64,000 bases of DNA from an uncultured Solirubrobacterales bacterium (GCA_963715775.1 OY970274.1:263043-327042), one strand, 5' to 3'; shown: positions 39,715-49,048, numbered from the stretch's first letter. Translations and numbers: made by a program. Notes: generated by a model from the sequence alone, not told the origin.

Positions 39715-41541
39715 CTAAACCGTGTGCTCGAGCGCCCGCTCCTGAGCGCGGTCGAACTCACGCTTGACCTCACCGCGACTCCGCGCCAGCTCGCTGACCT
39801 CGCCACTTTCCTGCCCCCGCGCCTGCTGGATGCGACGGTCCACCCGCGCGAGCTCCAGTTGCAGCCGCTGAACGTCGAGCATCGCCGGTTGCGCCGGTTC
39901 GCGGCCGGCTTCCACGACCAGCTCGGCCAGCAGCGCCTTCAAATGAGGATCACCGTCCAATCCGTCCTCCAGATCGGCCGGGTCGGTCATCGGATCGCGC
40001 AGGTGCCCGGCGCCGAGATGTTTCGCGGCGCGCTGCAGCAGCCCGCTGGTGAAGTGCTCGTCCACGTCGAGGCTCGCCAGCGCCTGCTCTCCCTCCTCCG
40101 GTGAGGCGATGCAGAGCGCGAGGAACGTGCGCTCGGTCTCTTCGCGGCGAGACAGCCCGTTGGCAATCACGGAAGGGGCCGAGACGTTACGAGGTATCGC
40201 CGGTCCTTCGCTACCCTCGCTTGTGAGCCGCTGTTGGCGGGTCTGAGGCGCCAGCAGCGTCTCCATCAGGCTCTCGGGCAGTGCCAGGCGTCCGGAGACG
40301 AGCCTCGTCAGCTCCAACCGCATCGTGCTGGGCGGGAGCATCGCGAATATTGGGCGCAGCTCATCGACCATCCGGTCGCGACCCTCTGGGCTGCCGTGGT
40401 CGCCGGTCGCGAGCACTCGCTCGACGCGGAAGCGCACGAACGGGACGGCCTGCTCGACCGCCGTGTTGATCGCCTGCGCTCCGTCGCGCTGCACCAGGTC
40501 GGCCGGATCGGTCCCGGGAGGCAGCGCCACCACGCGCAGCTCGAGCTTGCGCTTCGCCGCGAGCCCCGCGGCCTTCAACATTGCCTCCTGGCCGGCGCTG
40601 TCGGCGTCCAGCGCCAGCAGCACCGTCTGCGCCATCCGCGCGAGCTCGCCCACCTGCTCGGCCGTCAACGCGGTGCCCATCGACCCGACCGTGTTGCGCA
40701 AGCCTGCCTGGTGCAAAGCGATCACGTCGGTGTAGCCCTCGCACAGGATCGCCTGCCCGGCGCGCGCCGCGTGTGCGCGCGCGAGGTCTGAGCCGTACAG
40801 GTGCAGACCCTTGTGGTAGACGTCGTTGTCGGAGGTGTTCAGGTACTTCGGTTTCTGTTCATCGCGCATCGCGCGTGCGCCGAAGCCGAGCACGCGGCCG
40901 CGCACGTCTGCGAGCGGGAACATGATCCGTCCGCGAAAGCGATCGTAGAGGCGGCCGTTCTCCTTCGAGCGCTGCGCCAGTCCCGTCGCGTACAGCTCCT
41001 GCTCGGTAAAGCCGCCTCTGCGCGAGGCAAGTAGCACTCGATCCCAGGCGCTCGGGGAGTAGCCGACATGAAATTCGCGCAGGATCTCCTCGCCAAGACC
41101 GCGGCTCTCGAGATATTCGCGCGCCGCCTTCGCCTCATCGGCTTCCCACAGGCAGCGTTCGTAGTAGGCCGCCGTGCGGGTGAGCAGCTCCAGCAGCCGC
41201 TCGCGCCGGCGGCGGCGCTCGGCCGCGCGCGGATCCTCCTCCTCGCGCTCGAGCTCGACGCCAAACCGGTCCGCCAGCAGCTCGATCGCGCCTTTGAAGT
41301 CGACCCCCTCGGTCTCCTGCACGAACGTGAACACGTCGCCCGCGGCCTGGCAGCCGAAGCAGTAGTAGACCTTCTTGTGCGGGTCGATCCCGAACGAAGG
41401 GCTGCGCTCCTCGTGGAACGGACACAGGCCCTCATACCGCGCCGGCCCAGCCCGGCGCAGCTCCGTGCGCGCCGAGACCAGCTCGACGAAGTCGACCGCG
41501 TCGCGCACGCGATCCTTGGACTCACGGGTGTAGAAGGCCAC
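39715..41541 (-). CDS. dnaG: DNA primase
   Basis: CPFH.E..PSF, CFGC, FRGRIMFP, KYLNT, EGY.DV, LALDADSAG. Confidence 0.97.
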   Translation of the reverse strand: MAFYTRESKDRVRDAVDFVELVSARTELRRAGPARYEGLCPFHEERSPSFGIDPHKKVYYCFGCQAAGDVFTFVQETEGVDFKGAIELLADRFGVELEREEEDPRAAERRRRRERLLELLTRTAAYYERCLWEADEAKAAREYLESRGLGEEILREFHVGYSPSAWDRVLLASRRGGFTEQELYATGLAQRSKENGRLYDRFRGRIMFPLADVRGRVLGFGARAMRDEQKPKYLNTSDNDVYHKGLHLYGSDLARAHAARAGQAILCEGYTDVIALHQAGLRNTVGSMGTALTAEQVGELARMAQTVLLALDADSAGQEAMLKAAGLAAKRKLELRVVALPPGTDPADLVQRDGAQAINTAVEQAVPFVRFRVERVLATGDHGSPEGRDRMVDELRPIFAMLPPSTMRLELTRLVSGRLALPESLMETLLAPQTRQQRLTSEGSEGPAIPRNVSAPSVIANGLSRREETERTFLALCIASPEEGEQALASLDVDEHFTSGLLQRAAKHLGAGHLRDPMTDPADLEDGLDGDPHLKALLAELVVEAGREPAQPAMLDVQRLQLELARVDRRIQQARGQESGEVSELARSRGEVKREFDRAQERALEHTV

Positions 41542-41552
41542 TGCGTCCTACG

Positions 41553-42605
41553 CTACAGCGCGAATGCTTTCGGCACCTCGAGGTCGGTGTACGCGTTGAT
41601 GCAATACCGATCCGTCATCCCTGCGAGGTAGTCCGTCACGCGCCTGGCCAGATCGTCCTCGCCGCCGCCGTCGCCGTCGCCGTCCGCCGGTGGCAGTTGC
41701 TCGGGTCGATCGACGTAATGCTCGAACAGGGTTCGCACGACCCCCGCAATCCGTGCGTGCTCGGCGCGCACGGCTGGACCGAGATAGACGCGCTCGAACA
41801 TGAAGTCCCGCAGCTCGCGCATCGCCGTCCCGGCCTGCTGGCCCTGGACGATGTCTCCGGTGCGCTCGGAATGCTCCACCATGTCGTGCACGAGCGCGTC
41901 GATCCGGGTTGAGCCGCTGCTCCCCAGCACGGCGATCGGCTGCTCCGGCAGCTCATCCTCGCTCAGCAGGCCCGCGCGGACCGCGTCGTCGATGTCGTGG
42001 TTGATGTAAGCAACGCGGTCCATCACCCTCACGATCCGGCCCTCGAGCGTCTGTGGCAGCGGCGCGCGGGTGGAATGGCCCGCGATCCCGTCGCGCACCT
42101 GCTGGGTCAGGTTCAAGCCCGCACCGTCGCGCTCGAGGCTCTCGACCACCCGCAGCGAGTGCTCGTAATGGCGGAAGCCAGTCCCGAAGCGCTCTTTGAG
42201 GCAACTGTCCAGAACCTCCTCGCCGATGTGGCCGAACGGCGGGTGTCCGAGGTCGTGGCCGAGGCCGATCGCCTCCGTCAGGTCCTCGTTCAGGCGCAGC
42301 GCTCGCGCGACCGTGCGCGAGATCGTCGTCACCTCGAGCGTGTGCGTCAAGCGTGTGCGGTAGTGGTCGCCCTGGGGGGCGACGAACACCTGTGTCTTGT
42401 GCTTCAGCCGTCTGAACGCCTTGCAGTGCACGATCCGGTCGCGGTCACGCTGAAACGGGGTGCGCAACGCGCAGTCGTCCTCGGCGCGGGCGCGGAGTGC
42501 CGGGTAGGAGCGGGCGGCAAGCGGAGAGAGCGTGCGCTCCTCCAGCTCACGCTGGCGCTCGGCGAAGGCGTTCGCGACCGTGTCTGTCGGCTTGGCGAGA
42601 CTCAT
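41553..42605 (-). CDS. dgt: Deoxyguanosinetriphosphate triphosphohydrolase (dGTPase)
   Basis: FQRDRDRIVH.KAFRRLKHKTQVF, RTRLTHTLEV, HDLGHPPFGH, YLAGMTDRY. Confidence 0.95.
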   Translation of the reverse strand: MSLAKPTDTVANAFAERQRELEERTLSPLAARSYPALRARAEDDCALRTPFQRDRDRIVHCKAFRRLKHKTQVFVAPQGDHYRTRLTHTLEVTTISRTVARALRLNEDLTEAIGLGHDLGHPPFGHIGEEVLDSCLKERFGTGFRHYEHSLRVVESLERDGAGLNLTQQVRDGIAGHSTRAPLPQTLEGRIVRVMDRVAYINHDIDDAVRAGLLSEDELPEQPIAVLGSSGSTRIDALVHDMVEHSERTGDIVQGQQAGTAMRELRDFMFERVYLGPAVRAEHARIAGVVRTLFEHYVDRPEQLPPADGDGDGGGEDDLARRVTDYLAGMTDRYCINAYTDLEVPKAFAL

Positions 42606-42696
42606 CGCTCGATTGTGGCAGCGGGCTCGGCGAGTCCGGGCTTGCGCGCGCGAATGATCGCGATCGTTTCGCGATGCTCGATCGCGGGAGGAGCGC

Positions 42697-43053
42697 TCAG
42701 CGCTCGTGATGCCAGTCGTTGCGGCCGGTGTACTTCCGCACCAGGTGGCTCCACTTGGTTTGCGTCGCTGGATCCTCGTCGAACACCGGCGCTTTGTGCT
42801 CCGGCTCAGGTAGATTCGAGGCGGCAGCCGAATCGATCCGTAGATCGACACCGCGTTCATGAAGCGATGCGATCGCATCTGCCTCGAGGAAGCGAAGGCC
42901 GTGGCTTGGGGTGTTGATCAGCAGCCCGTGGAACACGTCCTCCTCGGGGGCGCTCAGCACGCTTCCGACGGTCCCGACCTGCTCACCGTCGGAGGCGAGC
43001 ACGGGCACGCCGGTTTCCAGCACCTGGTAGGCGATTGGGGATCCCTCGTCCAC
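42697..43053 (-). CDS. Small hypothetical protein, PRC-barrel-like
   Basis: G.PV.ASDGE.VG.V..V pattern; fills the recO-dgt gap. Confidence 0.55.
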   Translation of the reverse strand: MDEGSPIAYQVLETGVPVLASDGEQVGTVGSVLSAPEEDVFHGLLINTPSHGLRFLEADAIASLHERGVDLRIDSAAASNLPEPEHKAPVFDEDPATQTKWSHLVRKYTGRNDWHHER

Positions 43054-43099
43054 GGCCCACCACGATATCGGGATCGGCGCGCGGGCCGGGCGCGCCGGG

Positions 43100-43936
43100 T
43101 CAGCCCGTGCGAGCCGCGGCCGGCATCAGCCGCAGGTGCGCGTGGTGCTCGAGCGTCTCCGCGATCGCGCGCTCGACCTGCCCGAGCGCCGGCGCGGGCC
43201 CCCCGGGGATCTCCGTCAGCGGGCGGCCGAGGGCCGCGGTCATGAACTCGTACGCGGCCTCGTCCAGCGGGAACGACGCCGCCTCGCACGCGCCGCACAC
43301 CACGCCGCCGGCGGATCCGGAGAAGCCGACGAGGTGCTCGCGCTCGCCGCAGCAGGCGCACGCGCCGAGCTGGGGCGCCAGGCCGGCCGCGAGCAGCAGC
43401 TTCAGGCGGAATGCGAGCGAGCCGGCGCGGCCGCTCGTAGGGCTGCCGGTCGGCGTAGAGCTGCCGGTCGGCGCCTCGCCCGAGCTTTCCTCGGTGCTAG
43501 ATGGTTGCGCGGTGGGCAAATCCGGCCCGGCGGCCCGATTCATCCCAGTGCTCTGCTCGTCCAGCAAAGCAAGGTGCCGGCACAGCAGGTTGAACACGCC
43601 CGGGTGCGGCTCGCCGGTCTCGAACAGGCGGCCGACCGCGTCGCAGGCGCGCGCGGCGCTGTCCAGCGCGCGCGCGTCGCCGCGCAGGCGTGGATAGGCG
43701 TCGACCGTCTGCGCACCCGTCACCGTCAACAGCTCGCCGCGACCCTCGTGCAGGTCCAGTCGCAGGCGAAAGAACGGCTCCAGGCGACCTCCGAAGCGGC
43801 TGCGGGTGCGCCGGACGCCCTTCGCGATCGCGCTGATCCTGCCGCGGTGGGGGGTGTAGAGGTGGAGGATGCGGTCGGCCTCGCCGTAGCGCATCGATCT
43901 CAGCACCACCGCCTCGGTCTTGACTGGGCCTGCCAT
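43100..43936 (-). CDS. recO: DNA repair protein RecO
   Basis: TEAVVLR...YGEADRI, AKGVRR..SRFGG.LEPF, C..CG..G.VC..C; internal low-complexity insertion. Confidence 0.93.
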   Translation of the reverse strand: MAGPVKTEAVVLRSMRYGEADRILHLYTPHRGRISAIAKGVRRTRSRFGGRLEPFFRLRLDLHEGRGELLTVTGAQTVDAYPRLRGDARALDSAARACDAVGRLFETGEPHPGVFNLLCRHLALLDEQSTGMNRAAGPDLPTAQPSSTEESSGEAPTGSSTPTGSPTSGRAGSLAFRLKLLLAAGLAPQLGACACCGEREHLVGFSGSAGGVVCGACEAASFPLDEAAYEFMTAALGRPLTEIPGGPAPALGQVERAIAETLEHHAHLRLMPAAARTG

Positions 43937-43988
43937 CGGACCGTCGAGTCTAGGCTCGCGGGCGGCGGGCATTTGCGCCATCGTCACA

Positions 43989-44021
43989 AAATTGGCACAG
44001 AATCTGCTGGAAATTGGCACA
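43989..44021. repeat. 11-bp direct repeat with 22-bp period between divergent recO and HNH starts
   Basis: AAATTGGCACA at 43989-43999 and 44011-44021. Confidence 0.8.
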
Positions 44022-44054
44022 TTCTCGGCCGCGAGAGCTGAGACAATAGGATGC

Positions 44055-44768
44055 ATGGATCGCGCTTCTTTGGAGCAGCTGTTGGGGCAGGGGTTGTCGC
44101 TGGCCGAGATCGGCCGGCGGTTTGGGTTGCACGAATCGACCGTTGGCTACTGGGTCGAGAAACATGGGTTGCGGGCGGCCAACCGCGACAAGCATGTGGC
44201 CCGCGGCGGTCTTGCCCGGGAGGATTTGGAATCGCTGATCGAACGAGGCATGTCGATCGCCCAGATTGCGGAGGCAGTCGAGTGCAGCAAGGGGACCGTA
44301 CGCCACTGGCTCCGGCAATATGGTCTGAAAACCCAGGCGCAACGATGGATCGGCGAGGAATCGACGCGCGCGATGAGAGGGGCCGGGAAGGCGACGGTCA
44401 TGCGGGAGTGCCGCAAGCATGGCGTCACCGAGTTTTGGCTCGAGGGTCGTGGCTATTACCGCTGCAAGCGCTGCCGTTTGGAGCGCGTGAGTCGACGCAG
44501 ACGAAAGGTTAAGCAGATCCTGGTAGCCGAGGCCGGTGGATGTTGCGCACTGTGTGGCTACGACCGTTGCGTTGCGGCGCTTCACTTCCATCACCTCGAT
44601 CCCAGCAGCAAGCAGTTTCATCTGAGCATGCACGGCGCCGCTCGCTCGATCGCCTCCGCGCGTGCCGAGATGGCGAAGTGCGTGCTGCTGTGCGCCAACT
44701 GCCACGCAGAGGTTGAGTCGGGGCTCGCGACTCTCGAGACGGATGCAATCCGAAGCGGGCTTGCGTAG
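44055..44768 (+). CDS. HNH endonuclease with two HTH domains and a zinc finger
   Basis: Two IA..(G/C).....V..W....GL HTH repeats; CRKH..YRCKRC; CALCGY..LHFHHLDP..K..KCVLLCANCH. Confidence 0.85.
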   Translation: MDRASLEQLLGQGLSLAEIGRRFGLHESTVGYWVEKHGLRAANRDKHVARGGLAREDLESLIERGMSIAQIAEAVECSKGTVRHWLRQYGLKTQAQRWIGEESTRAMRGAGKATVMRECRKHGVTEFWLEGRGYYRCKRCRLERVSRRRRKVKQILVAEAGGCCALCGYDRCVAALHFHHLDPSSKQFHLSMHGAARSIASARAEMAKCVLLCANCHAEVESGLATLETDAIRSGLA

Positions 44769-44783
44769 AATCTCTGCCTGCGG

Positions 44784-44856
44784 TCCTCGGCAGCTCGATT
44801 GGCCGAGCGCTCGACTGTTAATCGAGAGGTTGTGGGTTCGAGCCCCACCCGGGGAG
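44784..44856 (+). tRNA. tRNA-Asn (GTT) with non-canonical C8, G14, C21; CCA not encoded
   Basis: Acceptor TCCTCGG/CCGGGGA, D stem GCTC/GAGC, anticodon stem CTCGA/TCGAG with CTGTTAA loop, T arm GTGGG-TTCGAGC-CCCAC. Confidence 0.93.
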
Positions 44857-44892
44857 CTGTTTGAAGTCGCTTGGAAGTCCGTCGCGTCCAGC

Positions 44893-46152
44893 CTAAGCCC
44901 GGGCGTGACGGACTCTGAGCGGCGTTCGGCCCCTAACTGACTCTGTTGGTTCGCGCATAGCCAGTTCCTCCACCAGCCCCGCCGCGGCGTCCCCGGCATC
45001 GTGTGAGTCGCCCCACGCCGCTAGCTCCCGCGCCCGCGCCCGAATCGAAGGCTCCTCGAGCGCCCGTTCGACCGCCAGCCGTAGCGGCCGCGGCGAGATG
45101 AACCGCTGCGGTACCCGCACCCCCGCACCGGCCCAGTCAACCCGCGCGGCATTCTCGTTCATGTCGCCGATCGCCGGGCAGGCGACCACGGCGCATCCCG
45201 AGGAGAGCGCGCGTACGAGCGTGCCGTGCCCGGCGTGGCAGACGACGACGTCGCAGCTGGGCATCGTGCGCGCGTAGGAGACCCAGTCGACGATCCTCGC
45301 GTTCGCCGGCACGGGCAGTGGGCGAGGCGGAAGGCGGCGGTTCCAGGTCGCGAGCACTCGCACGGGCGCGTCGGCCAGTCCGCGCAGGGCGGCATGCAGC
45401 ATCCGGTGCGTCGGGTCCTGTGCCGTCGAGGGCGCGACGAGCACGAGCGGCTCGTCACCCGGCGGGAGCTCGACGTCGGCGGCCGGGGGCTCCCACATCA
45501 GCGGGCCGACCACGTGCGCGTGCTCCGGCCACACGCGCGGGTACTCGAGCTGGGGAAACGTCGCGACGAGCGCAAGCTGGCGGCTGGTGCCGCCGTGGGT
45601 ATGGTCCAGGGGCGGCAGGTCTACGCGCGCGCGGGTGTCGTTCAGCTGGGCGCGGCCGAGCTGCAGGCCGTGCTCTAGCGGTCGGCCGGCACGACGCCAG
45701 AATGCGCGGCCGGCTGCCGTCCGCGGCAATCGCGCGCCGAGCGAGTAGATCGGCAGGCCGGGCTCGCCCTCCGGGAAGACGTGGGGGATCAGCGTCGCTT
45801 GGGGGACGCCCTCGAGCTCGGCCGCGAGGGCGGGGGCGAGCGTGAGGATGTCGGCGACGACGACGTCGGGTTCGAGCTCGGCGACCAGAGGAAGGGTGTC
45901 GCGCGTGGCGTGGACGACCGCCTCGTAGAAGTCAAGCGGCTCCGGTCCCGTCGGGAAGACGTGGTACTCCGGCGCGGGGGAGAAGGACAGGCCCTCGGCC
46001 TCGATCGGCGCGCGCCAGCGCTCCCACGTCTGCACCGTCACCTCGTGCCCGCGCGCGGCGAGTGCCTTGCCGAGGGCGATGATCGGGAAGGCGTGTCCGG
46101 GATCGCCGAAGGCGCCCAGCAGCACCCGCAACGTTGGCCTCACTGGCGACAC
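44893..46152 (-). CDS. GT1 family glycosyltransferase (MGT/UGT-like)
   Basis: GD.GH.FP..ALG..L.ARGHEV, DWVSY...VVCHAGHGT. Confidence 0.88.
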   Translation of the reverse strand: MSPVRPTLRVLLGAFGDPGHAFPIIALGKALAARGHEVTVQTWERWRAPIEAEGLSFSPAPEYHVFPTGPEPLDFYEAVVHATRDTLPLVAELEPDVVVADILTLAPALAAELEGVPQATLIPHVFPEGEPGLPIYSLGARLPRTAAGRAFWRRAGRPLEHGLQLGRAQLNDTRARVDLPPLDHTHGGTSRQLALVATFPQLEYPRVWPEHAHVVGPLMWEPPAADVELPPGDEPLVLVAPSTAQDPTHRMLHAALRGLADAPVRVLATWNRRLPPRPLPVPANARIVDWVSYARTMPSCDVVVCHAGHGTLVRALSSGCAVVACPAIGDMNENAARVDWAGAGVRVPQRFISPRPLRLAVERALEEPSIRARARELAAWGDSHDAGDAAAGLVEELAMREPTESVRGRTPLRVRHARA

Positions 46153-46255
46153 GGACAGTCGTGACCGGTAACACGAGCCTTGCTACGGAAAACGACGCTC
46201 GACGGTCTCCCCAAAAAAGCGCCCAACATCGCGCCGGCGAACATGGATTCAGTAG

Positions 46256-47293
46256 CTAAGCGGCGGCCAGCTCGGCCACGAGCCGCAACTGCTCCAGCCG
46301 CTCGGCCGCGGTGAACGCGATCGGCGTGACCCCCAGCGTGCCGACCCCGGCGTCGCGGTAGATCGCAAGGCGCTCGCGCACGACATCCGGCGGCCCGCAC
46401 AGCGAGACGGAGTCGATCAGGGCGTCGGGGATCGCGGCCATCGCCTCCTCGCGCTTGCCTTCGAGGTAGAGATCCTGGATCACGGCGGCCTCGGCCTCGA
46501 AGCCGTAGCGGCAGACGAGCTGGTTGTAGAAGTTCTGCTTGCGCGAGCCCATGCCGCCGACGTACAGGGCGATGAACGGGCGCATCCCGTCGCGCGCGTC
46601 CTGCAGGTCGTCGGTGATGAACACCTGCACGGTCGGCGCCATGTCGAAGTCCTCGAGCGATTTCCCGGAGCGCGCGGCCCCTTCCTGCAGCAGCGGGCGC
46701 AGCTCGGAGACGTGCTCGGGGCTGAACAGCGTCGGGATCCAGCCGTCGGCGATCTCGCCGGCGAGCGCCGTGTTCTTCGGGCCGATCGCCGCCAGGTAGA
46801 TCGGGATCCGCTCCTGCACGGGCGAGATCGTCAGCTTCAGCGCCTTGCCGGGGCCGTCGGGCAGCGGCAACGTGAGCGTCTCGCCGGCGAACTCGACCCG
46901 TTCGCGCGCCAGCGCCATGCGGATCACCGCCACGTACTCGCGCGTGCGCTGCAGCTGCTTCCCGAAGCGCTGCCCGTGCCAGCCCTCCGCCACCTGCGGA
47001 CCCGACGAGCCGATCCCGAGGATCATCCGCCCGTTCGAGAGCTGGTCGATCGTCGCCGCGGTCATCGCGGTCATCGCCGCCGAGCGCCCGGGCATCTGGA
47101 AGATCCCCGAGCCCAGGCGGATCTTCGAGGTCTGCCCCGCCAGCCAGCCGAGCACGGTCGCCGTGTCCGAGCCATAGGCCTCCGCCGCCCAGACAGAGTC
47201 ATAGCCGAGCCGCTCGGCCTCCTGCACGATCTTCAGCTGCTCCTCCGAAGTCAGGCCGAGGCCCCAGTAGCCGATGTGAACGCCGAGCTTCAT
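46256..47293 (-). CDS. LLM-class F420-dependent oxidoreductase
   Basis: AERLGYDSVWAAEAYGSD, GRMILGIGSSGPQVAEGWHG, IYLAAIGPKN..LAGEIADGW. Confidence 0.9.
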   Translation of the reverse strand: MKLGVHIGYWGLGLTSEEQLKIVQEAERLGYDSVWAAEAYGSDTATVLGWLAGQTSKIRLGSGIFQMPGRSAAMTAMTAATIDQLSNGRMILGIGSSGPQVAEGWHGQRFGKQLQRTREYVAVIRMALARERVEFAGETLTLPLPDGPGKALKLTISPVQERIPIYLAAIGPKNTALAGEIADGWIPTLFSPEHVSELRPLLQEGAARSGKSLEDFDMAPTVQVFITDDLQDARDGMRPFIALYVGGMGSRKQNFYNQLVCRYGFEAEAAVIQDLYLEGKREEAMAAIPDALIDSVSLCGPPDVVRERLAIYRDAGVGTLGVTPIAFTAAERLEQLRLVAELAAA

Positions 47294-47306
47294 CTCGTCC
47301 TTCACC

Positions 47307-48029
47307 CTACAGGGCGTCACCCGGGCGCACGAACATCATCTCCGGGACGATGCACGCGGGGGAGACCTTCAAAAGGAAGCGCACCGCCTCGGCGATATCC
47401 TCGGGCCGGATCATCTTCTCCGCGGCGACGTGCTGCTTGGCGAACTCGGTCATCGGCGTGTCGACGAACGCCGGGCAGAGTGCCGTGGACTTGATGCCCT
47501 GCGAGGCGAGTTCCTTGTTCATCGCCTCCGTCCACCCGACGACGCCGTGCTTGGTCGCCGAATACACCGACAGCCAGCCCTGACCGAACTTGCCGGAGAT
47601 CGAAGACGTGTTCACGACGAGCGCGTTGGAGTGCTCGGCCGCCGCGGCCTGGAGGAGGGGAAGGCACTCGCGGTAGAAGATCACGATCGAGCGCAGGTTG
47701 ATCGCGAGCTGCATGTCCAGGTGCTTGGTCTGGATCTCCCCGACCGTCGCCCCAAAGCCGACCCCCGCGTTGTTCAGCAACACATCCAGTCGCCCATATC
47801 GCTCGCGATGGCTCGCCACGATCTTCTGGATCGCGCTCTCGTCGGCCACGTTCCCCGCGACCCCGGTCACATCGAGCCCGTCGGCGACGAGACCTTGCAC
47901 CGCCGTCTCGAGCTTGTCCGGCCGCCGCGCCGCCATCGTCACCCCATAGCCTTCCTCGCCGAGCACCCTCGCAACCGCCAGCCCGATCCCGCTCGATGCC
48001 CCCGTAACGATCGCCGCGCGCTCCGCCAT
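47307..48029 (-). CDS. Short-chain dehydrogenase/reductase
   Basis: TGASSGIG, NNAG, YSATK. Confidence 0.93.
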   Translation of the reverse strand: MAERAAIVTGASSGIGLAVARVLGEEGYGVTMAARRPDKLETAVQGLVADGLDVTGVAGNVADESAIQKIVASHRERYGRLDVLLNNAGVGFGATVGEIQTKHLDMQLAINLRSIVIFYRECLPLLQAAAAEHSNALVVNTSSISGKFGQGWLSVYSATKHGVVGWTEAMNKELASQGIKSTALCPAFVDTPMTEFAKQHVAAEKMIRPEDIAEAVRFLLKVSPACIVPEMMFVRPGDAL

Positions 48030-48119
48030 GCTGCCTCCCCGGTTGTTTTGTGTCAGGTCCGGCGAGAGCATTCCACACGCTGGTTGGTAGCGTCTGCTCG
48101 CCGATCGCAGATCGGCAGC

Positions 48120-48193
48120 GGGCCTGTAGCTCAGCTGGTTAGAGCAGCGGACTCATAATCCGTCGGTCCCTGGTTCGAGTCCAGGCAGGCCCA
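48120..48193 (+). tRNA. tRNA with CAT anticodon, most likely tRNA-Ile2 (lysidine)
   Basis: Cloverleaf GGGCCTG/CAGGCCC, loop CTCATAA; G1-C72 excludes initiator; C4-G69 and C5-G68 are TilS determinants. Confidence 0.92.
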
Positions 48194-48194
48194 T

Positions 48195-49037
48195 ATGGAG
48201 TACAGGCAGACCCATAGGGATACCGGCGAGCCCCTGCCCGCCACGGTCGAGCTCAGCGAGAAGCAGTACGAGAAGGAGCTGCTGCGCCTACAGACCGAGC
48301 TCGTCTACCTGCAGGAGTGGGTCGTCGCCGGCGGCCGTCGCCTCATCGTGCTGTTCGAGGGCCGCGACACCGCCGGCAAGGACGGCGCGATCAAGCGCAT
48401 CATCGCCTACCTGAACCCGCGCACCTGCCGCGTCGTCGCGGTTCCCACCCCCGGCGAGCGCGAGCGCACGCAGTGGTACTTCCAGCGCTACGTCGAGCAT
48501 CTGCCGGCCGCCGGGGAGATCGTGCTGTTCAACCGCAGCTGGTACAACCGCGCCGGGGTCGAGCGCGTGATGGGCTACTGCACGCAGGACGAGTACGAAG
48601 AGTTCCTGCGCTTCTGCCCGCTGTTCGAGCAGGCCCTGCAGAACGACGGGATCATGCTCATCAAGTACTGGCTGTCGGTCAGCGACGACGAGCAGGAGCG
48701 GCGCTTTGAGAAACGGCTGTCCGATCCGCGCAAGCGCTGGAAGTTCAGCCGGACCGACCTGCAGGCCCGCGCCCGCTGGGTCGACTACGCCGAAGCGAAG
48801 GACCGGATGTTCGCCTACACCGACACCGAGCACAGCCCCTGGTACGTGGTCGAGGCCGACGACAAGCGCACCGCGCGCCTGAACCTGATCAGCCACCTGC
48901 TCTCGATCGTCCCCTACGAGCACGTGCACGAGGGCAAGCGGCCGAAGCTACCGCCCCGCCAGAAGCGCAAGTACCTGCGCCCGCCCAAGCGCACCGAGCG
49001 CGTCGTGCCCGAGCGTTACGTCGTGAGCTCTCGCTGA
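48195..49037 (+). CDS. ppk2: Polyphosphate kinase 2
   Basis: FEGRDTAGKDG.IKRI, WYFQRY..HLP..GEIVLFNRSWYNRAGVERVMG. Confidence 0.95.
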   Translation: MEYRQTHRDTGEPLPATVELSEKQYEKELLRLQTELVYLQEWVVAGGRRLIVLFEGRDTAGKDGAIKRIIAYLNPRTCRVVAVPTPGERERTQWYFQRYVEHLPAAGEIVLFNRSWYNRAGVERVMGYCTQDEYEEFLRFCPLFEQALQNDGIMLIKYWLSVSDDEQERRFEKRLSDPRKRWKFSRTDLQARARWVDYAEAKDRMFAYTDTEHSPWYVVEADDKRTARLNLISHLLSIVPYEHVHEGKRPKLPPRQKRKYLRPPKRTERVVPERYVVSSR

Positions 49038-49048
49038 AGGGGCCTAAC

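Noticed and set aside
44857-44892. Integrative element at the tRNA-Asn 3' end
   Set aside because: No duplicated tRNA 3' end and no integrase seen; a glycosyltransferase gene ends immediately downstream
48120-48193. Initiator or elongator tRNA-Met
   Set aside because: G1-C72 and the lack of three G-C anticodon-stem pairs exclude fMet; C4-G69/C5-G68 favour Ile2, though elongator Met is not fully excluded
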